Source of the DNA: Cyanobacteria bacterium P01_D01_bin.156
Lineage (GTDB): Bacteria > Cyanobacteriota > Cyanobacteriia > Phormidesmidales > Phormidesmidaceae
Direction of reading: 5' to 3'
Assembly: GCA_039024555.1 (NCBI GenBank)
Contig: JBCCQQ010000041.1
Coordinates: 1 to 56,788 of the forward strand
Length of the DNA: 56,788 nucleotides
Shown here one piece after another: positions 52,009 to 56,788 of the stretch. Both the position numbers and the translations under genes were made by a program. The first letter of the stretch is position 1; every line of letters starts with the position of its first letter. A model generated the notes under the pieces. It did not search any database, was not told the DNA's origin, and saw nothing but the letters and a program-made list of their open reading frames with translations.

Positions 52009-53808
52009 GTGATTAGATCAGCACTGGTAAACGCTGCTCGGCAAGGTGATGTGGATGCCATTACAACATTGCTGTGCCAAGTACTAGATGTGGATAGTAA
52101 CTTGAGGGTGACCGTCAGGCAAATTGCCAGAAGCTTGAAAGTCACTCTAGAAGGGACTGTTGCTCCTGACCAAGGGCATTATGCTCAGACAATTTATGCC
52201 ACTATAACTTGCTTATCATTGCCCCATATCGAGCGAATTCAAGTCTATGGTAAAGCGCTCAACGCTGATGTTATTACCTGGGTGCAGCGTTGGCATGTTG
52301 ATACAGGCTATGGGTTAGTCCATTTATCCAATCAACTCGCGCAACGACCCCAACGAGTTCCCTGGTATGTGAAACTAGGGCGTTTTTCCGACGACCTGCT
52401 AGTAACGATCACCGACTGGGCAACAGGAGTACATGTTCGTGTTACCGGCCTTCAACAAACAGTAATTCAAAGAATTCATTCGATTCAGCCGCCGCGCCCC
52501 GTGCTCTTAGCTGCACAAGTGGCTAACTTGCCCGCAGTGCGACAGGCTTCCAGGGTAGTTTCCAGTAGACCTGTAGAAACCTGTTTCGTGGTTCTAGGTG
52601 TTGTTTTTGTGACTGGCTTTGGTATCGGCTATTCACTAGAAAGTGAAAGAGATTTAGAACTTCAGATACCGTCACTAGGGCTAGCTGGTTCTAAAGAGTT
52701 AGAGTCCTCAGAGCTTCCATCCACCACCCCAGAACAAACGAATTTACCCGTTGTTGCGCTCAATCTACCCACCTCAGGAATATTAGCCGCAGACCTGGAA
52801 CCCATCAGCGCCGTTGAACCTCTGCCACCGCCCATACCGACACCAGCCGTAGTCATCAAAGCAGTTGGCGACATTATTCCAGGTACTAATTACCCAAACT
52901 ATCGTCTGCCTCAGGATGCAAATACTCTCTTTAAACGTATTGTTCCCTACCTACAAAAAGAAAACGATATTCTGTTTGGTAATTACGAAAGTACGCTGAC
53001 CGATTATCCCTATAGCGCTAAAGATATTAGTCAGGGTAATACCTTTGCGTTTCGGTCCCCCCCTGCCTATGCTCAAGTGATTAGTCAGGCTGGATTTGAT
53101 GTGATGAGCGTGGCGAATAATCACTCCTTTGATTTTGGACAACAGGGTTTTGAAGATACAATGACCTATCTCAATCAGGCCGGAGTGAAAACCGTTGGAA
53201 AGAAAGGTGAGATTACTTATCTCAATGTCAATGGTGTGAATGTAGCATTTATTGCCTTTAGCTACTTTCCAGACCACAATCTGATGCATGATCTAAAAGC
53301 TGCTGATAGCTTAATTAAGCAGGCACAACAACAAGCCAAAATGGTTGTGATATCGGTTCATGCGGGTGCAGAAGGTACTGGAGCGGTTGATACTCACAAT
53401 CGTACTGAGTATTTTTTAGGAGAGAATCGTGGCAATCTAGTGCAGTTTGCCCACAGTGTGATCGATTCAGGGGCGGATTTGGTGTTGGGGCATGGTCCCC
53501 ATGTGCCCAGGGCATTGGAGCTATATAAGGATCGGTTGATTGCTTACTCATTGGGTAATTTTTTGGGATATGAGACATTGCCCACAGCTGGTGCTTTGGG
53601 CAAATCGATGATTTTACAGGTGGGGCTGGAAGAAGACGGCAGTTTCCATAACGGCAGCGTTACGCCTGTGTTGTTAGATAGGGATGGGCTACCTTATCTA
53701 GATAATTCATTTAAGACGGTCGGTTTGTTGAGGAAACTGATGGAGAAGAACTTTCCTGATACGCCCCTAGCTATTGATGGGAATGGCCGGATTATCCGCA
53801 CGGACTAA
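52009..53808 (+). CDS. CapA (PGA_cap) family metallophosphatase-like protein with N-terminal cytoplasmic domain and TM helix
   Basis: AVGDII, GNYE, SVANNHSFDFG, SVHAGAEG, GHGPHV, YSLGNF. Confidence 0.9.
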   Translation: MIRSALVNAARQGDVDAITTLLCQVLDVDSNLRVTVRQIARSLKVTLEGTVAPDQGHYAQTIYATITCLSLPHIERIQVYGKALNADVITWVQRWHVDTGYGLVHLSNQLAQRPQRVPWYVKLGRFSDDLLVTITDWATGVHVRVTGLQQTVIQRIHSIQPPRPVLLAAQVANLPAVRQASRVVSSRPVETCFVVLGVVFVTGFGIGYSLESERDLELQIPSLGLAGSKELESSELPSTTPEQTNLPVVALNLPTSGILAADLEPISAVEPLPPPIPTPAVVIKAVGDIIPGTNYPNYRLPQDANTLFKRIVPYLQKENDILFGNYESTLTDYPYSAKDISQGNTFAFRSPPAYAQVISQAGFDVMSVANNHSFDFGQQGFEDTMTYLNQAGVKTVGKKGEITYLNVNGVNVAFIAFSYFPDHNLMHDLKAADSLIKQAQQQAKMVVISVHAGAEGTGAVDTHNRTEYFLGENRGNLVQFAHSVIDSGADLVLGHGPHVPRALELYKDRLIAYSLGNFLGYETLPTAGALGKSMILQVGLEEDGSFHNGSVTPVLLDRDGLPYLDNSFKTVGLLRKLMEKNFPDTPLAIDGNGRIIRTD

Positions 53809-54043
53809 GATGAGCCTAGGGGCTTTCATAAATATGTTTGGCAGAAGGAGGAGGGGGAGCAATCAAAACACGGTTGGCTGTGCTAGTGTCTCTGTTTTTG
53901 GATATTTGGGCAATTTGATGAATAGACACTCACCCTATTTCGCAGCATATGATCAAGGTTTCTATAAGCTGCAGTGATATTGCTAAGGAATAAACAACAA
54001 ACTCAATCTGCTAGCTAGCCCTTTGCCTTACAGTCTCGCCAAA

Positions 54044-55237
54044 ATGCGTTCTCCTTCTCCTTCTTACACTACAGTGAGTCACAGCCTACCTATCCTGCGA
54101 GGATGGGCGATTGTATGGATTGTTATGTATCACTTGCTAGGTAATACTTCTACCCTCTCCAAGACGCCAACGTCTCTGTTGCAGGGAGACCTAAAACACA
54201 TCCTTGAGTCTGGGCTGAAGTTATTTTTATCAGCGGGTGATACAGGAGTCAGTATTTTTTTGGTTATCAGTGGATTTGGGTTAACGGCCTCTTGGTTGAA
54301 ACGCTATGGTTATCAGGAACTTATAGAAATACCTCTAGGAGAATATTGGAATAAGAGGGTTTTCAGAATCTTTCCTCTTTTTTGGGTAGCTATTCTTTTG
54401 TCTGTCATTTTATATGTATGTAACCCTGCTTGGGTCCCTTTTGGCAAGGGAGTGTGGGACCAGCAATTAATTGATATTTTAGGAGCGTTTCTAGCAACCA
54501 TCACCACTCTGCGGAATATTATTCCTAATTCGGATTACTACTACTTTCTCAATGGTGCCTGGTGGTACATTGGTTTAGCACTGCAGCTGTATCTAGTTTT
54601 TCCAGTTTTAATGCGACTAGGGCAACGTTGGGGATGGGCGAAACTGTTACTGAGTTCTTTGCTCTTGTCATTGGGGTATCGTGCAATCTTAAGCCTGGTT
54701 TTGTTAGATGATTTTGGGAAGATTATTGTATTCGATTTCTTCCCTGCGAGACTTTTTGAATTTACGTTTGGAATTTATATTGCTGCCACTTTGCTAGAGA
54801 GATATTGTGATTCACCACAGAAACCAACCTCTGACTATCGCTGGTTGTGTGCATTCTTATTTAAGCCACAGTTGTTAATCGTAAATGTCTGTTGTTTTAT
54901 TTTTGGCATTGTATGCAAATGGTCAGGTAATGAGCTCCTGAGTGTTTTGGATAATCCTTTAGTCGCTGTAGGTTTATTTGGTTCGCTAGTGTATTTAGCT
55001 CGCTTTAAGCTATTAACTATCGGATCATTAGCCAAAATAATTGGTAAATATTCCTATGGAATTTATCTAACCCACATGAACATCTATTTTGTTTTATGGC
55101 CATTAGCCTCGCAGCTTATTCCTTTCTATTGGTTACGGTTTCTGCTAGTAACGCTTATATGTTGTGCTATTGGCGCTGGTTTTGAATTGGGTTACGGGAG
55201 GCTGCAAAATTACTTTCGTTCTCTGAGAGTAGCTTAG
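54044..55237 (+). CDS. Acyltransferase family 3 (OafA-like) membrane protein
   Basis: LRGWAI...YH, GVSIFLVISGFGL, KRVFRIFP, WYIG..LQLYLVFP, YSYGIYLTH. Confidence 0.92.
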   Translation: MRSPSPSYTTVSHSLPILRGWAIVWIVMYHLLGNTSTLSKTPTSLLQGDLKHILESGLKLFLSAGDTGVSIFLVISGFGLTASWLKRYGYQELIEIPLGEYWNKRVFRIFPLFWVAILLSVILYVCNPAWVPFGKGVWDQQLIDILGAFLATITTLRNIIPNSDYYYFLNGAWWYIGLALQLYLVFPVLMRLGQRWGWAKLLLSSLLLSLGYRAILSLVLLDDFGKIIVFDFFPARLFEFTFGIYIAATLLERYCDSPQKPTSDYRWLCAFLFKPQLLIVNVCCFIFGIVCKWSGNELLSVLDNPLVAVGLFGSLVYLARFKLLTIGSLAKIIGKYSYGIYLTHMNIYFVLWPLASQLIPFYWLRFLLVTLICCAIGAGFELGYGRLQNYFRSLRVA

Positions 55238-55272
55238 GAGGAGAGGTAACTAACCGTGAAGGTTATTTCTCA

Positions 55273-56175
55273 ATGAAAAAATACACAATGTTGATTATTT
55301 CAAGCACTGTTTTATCTTTACTGGCCACCACGTTTGGGCCAGTGGCCAATGCCCACCAGCTACAAAGCTCTACTAAATTTCAATTAACAGCGCTACAGTC
55401 TGAACCACAAAACAATCGTTCAATTATCAGTCCTGTAGTCGATAACGATGGGGTTTATCACTTTGAAGCAAATGCTGGAGATATCTTAGTAGTTACCGTA
55501 AAACAGGAAAAGACCCCATACACTCGCACCTGCTATCCAACTTTCTTTGCTGATCCTCGGATTTCCTTGAGGGAAGCGAGTCTTCCTACCTATGAGCCCG
55601 ACACCGTTAAAGGGCTTTTAGAAATCCATGAAGATGGAGAGTATTCATACTCTATTGCATACTCTTTAGTCTCGCTTGCTGATTTAGGTCTTGGTGCTAA
55701 TAATGCAGATAATACTACGGAAGACGGAGCTGAATTAACCGACTGTACGATTACTGTAGAGCTAGCTAAGGATTATGACCTGCTCTGGGTAAGGGCCTAC
55801 CAGCTTGGTAAGCAGCCAGAGCGACGCACTGAGGCACTAAATCTATACCGGCAAACAGTGGAAGCGGAACCACCCTACCCTTTGCCCTATTTAGGATATC
55901 TGGCACTCTTGATGAGAGACTATGGAGAACAGCGCAATATCGATATCAATGACTTAAGTGCCACAGGTCCTATGTTTATGGACATGCCCGAAGCTCAGCG
56001 ACAATCGATCCTTCAGAGTCTAGAGCAGTTGGTACGCATATTTGAGGCAAATCCTGGCTGGCAAGAAGATCCATGGACTAACCCAGATTTCCTCCGGGTC
56101 TATGCAGACCATGTTAAAACAGGCAGAGTTTCAGATACAATTCAAACTCCTTTCCCTTGGTGGAGTAGCGATTAA
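55273..56175 (+). CDS. Secreted hypothetical protein (PPC-like beta domain plus TPR-like helices)
   Basis: Signal peptide ending ANA; YHFEANAGDILVVTV; helical C-terminus. Confidence 0.65.
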   Translation: MKKYTMLIISSTVLSLLATTFGPVANAHQLQSSTKFQLTALQSEPQNNRSIISPVVDNDGVYHFEANAGDILVVTVKQEKTPYTRTCYPTFFADPRISLREASLPTYEPDTVKGLLEIHEDGEYSYSIAYSLVSLADLGLGANNADNTTEDGAELTDCTITVELAKDYDLLWVRAYQLGKQPERRTEALNLYRQTVEAEPPYPLPYLGYLALLMRDYGEQRNIDINDLSATGPMFMDMPEAQRQSILQSLEQLVRIFEANPGWQEDPWTNPDFLRVYADHVKTGRVSDTIQTPFPWWSSD

Positions 56176-56196
56176 GTTAGTTCGGTCACCTAATCA

Positions 56197-56650
56197 CTAT
56201 TTCCCATAAAAAGCTGGATAAACAAATGCAAAGGCTATCGAGCTAGGGAGCACGGTGCCATCTATTTCCTCAACGACAACTGTGCCCATCTGTGCATCCC
56301 ACCGGGCTCGCACTGTACGCCCTGAGAGCTCTGCCTGTTGGGTATCCTGCCGTTGAATTTCAGCATGTACAAACTGCAAACTATCCCCTGAAAACTGATT
56401 GTGGGGCGTTTTGCCATCTGGCTCCCACACATAGCTAATAATCTCTTTTGGATGTAGTTCTAGTTGCTCCTGATGGCGTACATCAAAAATAATATTCTCA
56501 TCAGTGTAGTATGTCCCGTAGGGATATACTGAGTAATTCCGTGTATGGCCTGTGCGTGTAGATAGGATATGACTTTCTGGATATTGTTCTAACCACTGCC
56601 CTAAGGTTGTTTTAACTGCAGGTAAAATATCCACCTGCTTATTCACATTA
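56197..56650 (-). pseudogene. 3' remnant of a DUF3179-like gene cut by an IS insertion
   Basis: ILPAVKTTLGQWLEQYPESHILS, YGTY, LHPKE and terminal FAFVYPAFY match a DUF3179 C-terminal half; the frame starts abruptly at the IS end. Confidence 0.7.
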
Positions 56651-56788
56651 GGAATAGGGATTTAATAACTTCCAGTTTTATATTTGTTGTGGTTGAGCAA
56701 CATAATTCCATTGAGGTAGATAGTCATCGAAGCGAATGGGCATCTGAGCCTTAAACTCATCGGTAGCTTTACGTCCGGTCTCATAGAC
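56651..56788 (-). mobile_element. Right end of an ISAzo13-family insertion sequence (partial)
   Basis: Transposase C-terminus followed by a short tail ending ...gttattaaatccctattcc|taa; candidate 3-bp target TTA at 56648-56650. Confidence 0.75.
56678..56788 (-). CDS. ISAzo13-family transposase, C-terminal 36 aa (partial)
   Basis: Manual translation VYETGRKATDEFKAQMPIRFDDYLPQWNYVAQPQQI*; the YETG.K...WNY terminus is characteristic of this family. Not in the ORF track. Confidence 0.8.
   Translation of the reverse strand, partial: VYETGRKATDEFKAQMPIRFDDYLPQWNYVAQPQQI

Noticed and set aside
1865..55035. Numerous 60-135 aa ORFs nested in or antisense to confident genes (uvrA, psaAB, glpD, ggpS, gghA, glpK, CapA and others)
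   Set aside because: Expected shadow ORFs with no motifs or independent translation signals.
1..56788. tRNA, rRNA, Yfr1/Yfr2 sRNAs, known riboswitches
   Set aside because: No recognisable signatures found by eye in intergenic regions; an Infernal/tRNAscan run is needed to exclude them formally.

Overview
Chromosomal segment of a cyanobacterium: about 27 HIP1 octamers GCGATCGC counted by eye, plus psaAB, ndhM, ccmP and desB. It is probably salt-tolerant or marine, since it carries a glucosylglycerol cluster (gpsA-glpD-ggpS divergent from gghA...glpK); a filamentous Leptolyngbya-like lineage is only my inference. Most of the window is housekeeping (codA, uvrA, rlmH, queA, yraN, dnaG). Two edge features are missing from the ORF track. 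At the left edge is the 5' part of an LRR (probably Roco/COR) gene with 11 near-identical 69-bp units that differ only at two-state sites. At the right edge is the 3' end of an ISAzo13-family transposase that appears to have interrupted a DUF3179-like gene. The best candidates for undescribed biology are: (1) a co-oriented module of a membrane PP2C, a HetF-like CHAT-FHA protease and a PatU3-like protein behind ndhM; (2) the combinatorially shuffled LRR array; (3) a PsaA with marine picocyanobacterial-type segments; (4) a terminator-like hairpin in the ggpS leader; (5) two unnamed modules fused in one gene and split across two adjacent genes elsewhere. No rRNA, tRNA or CRISPR array was seen. 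All family calls come from motif recognition and memory, not database searches.
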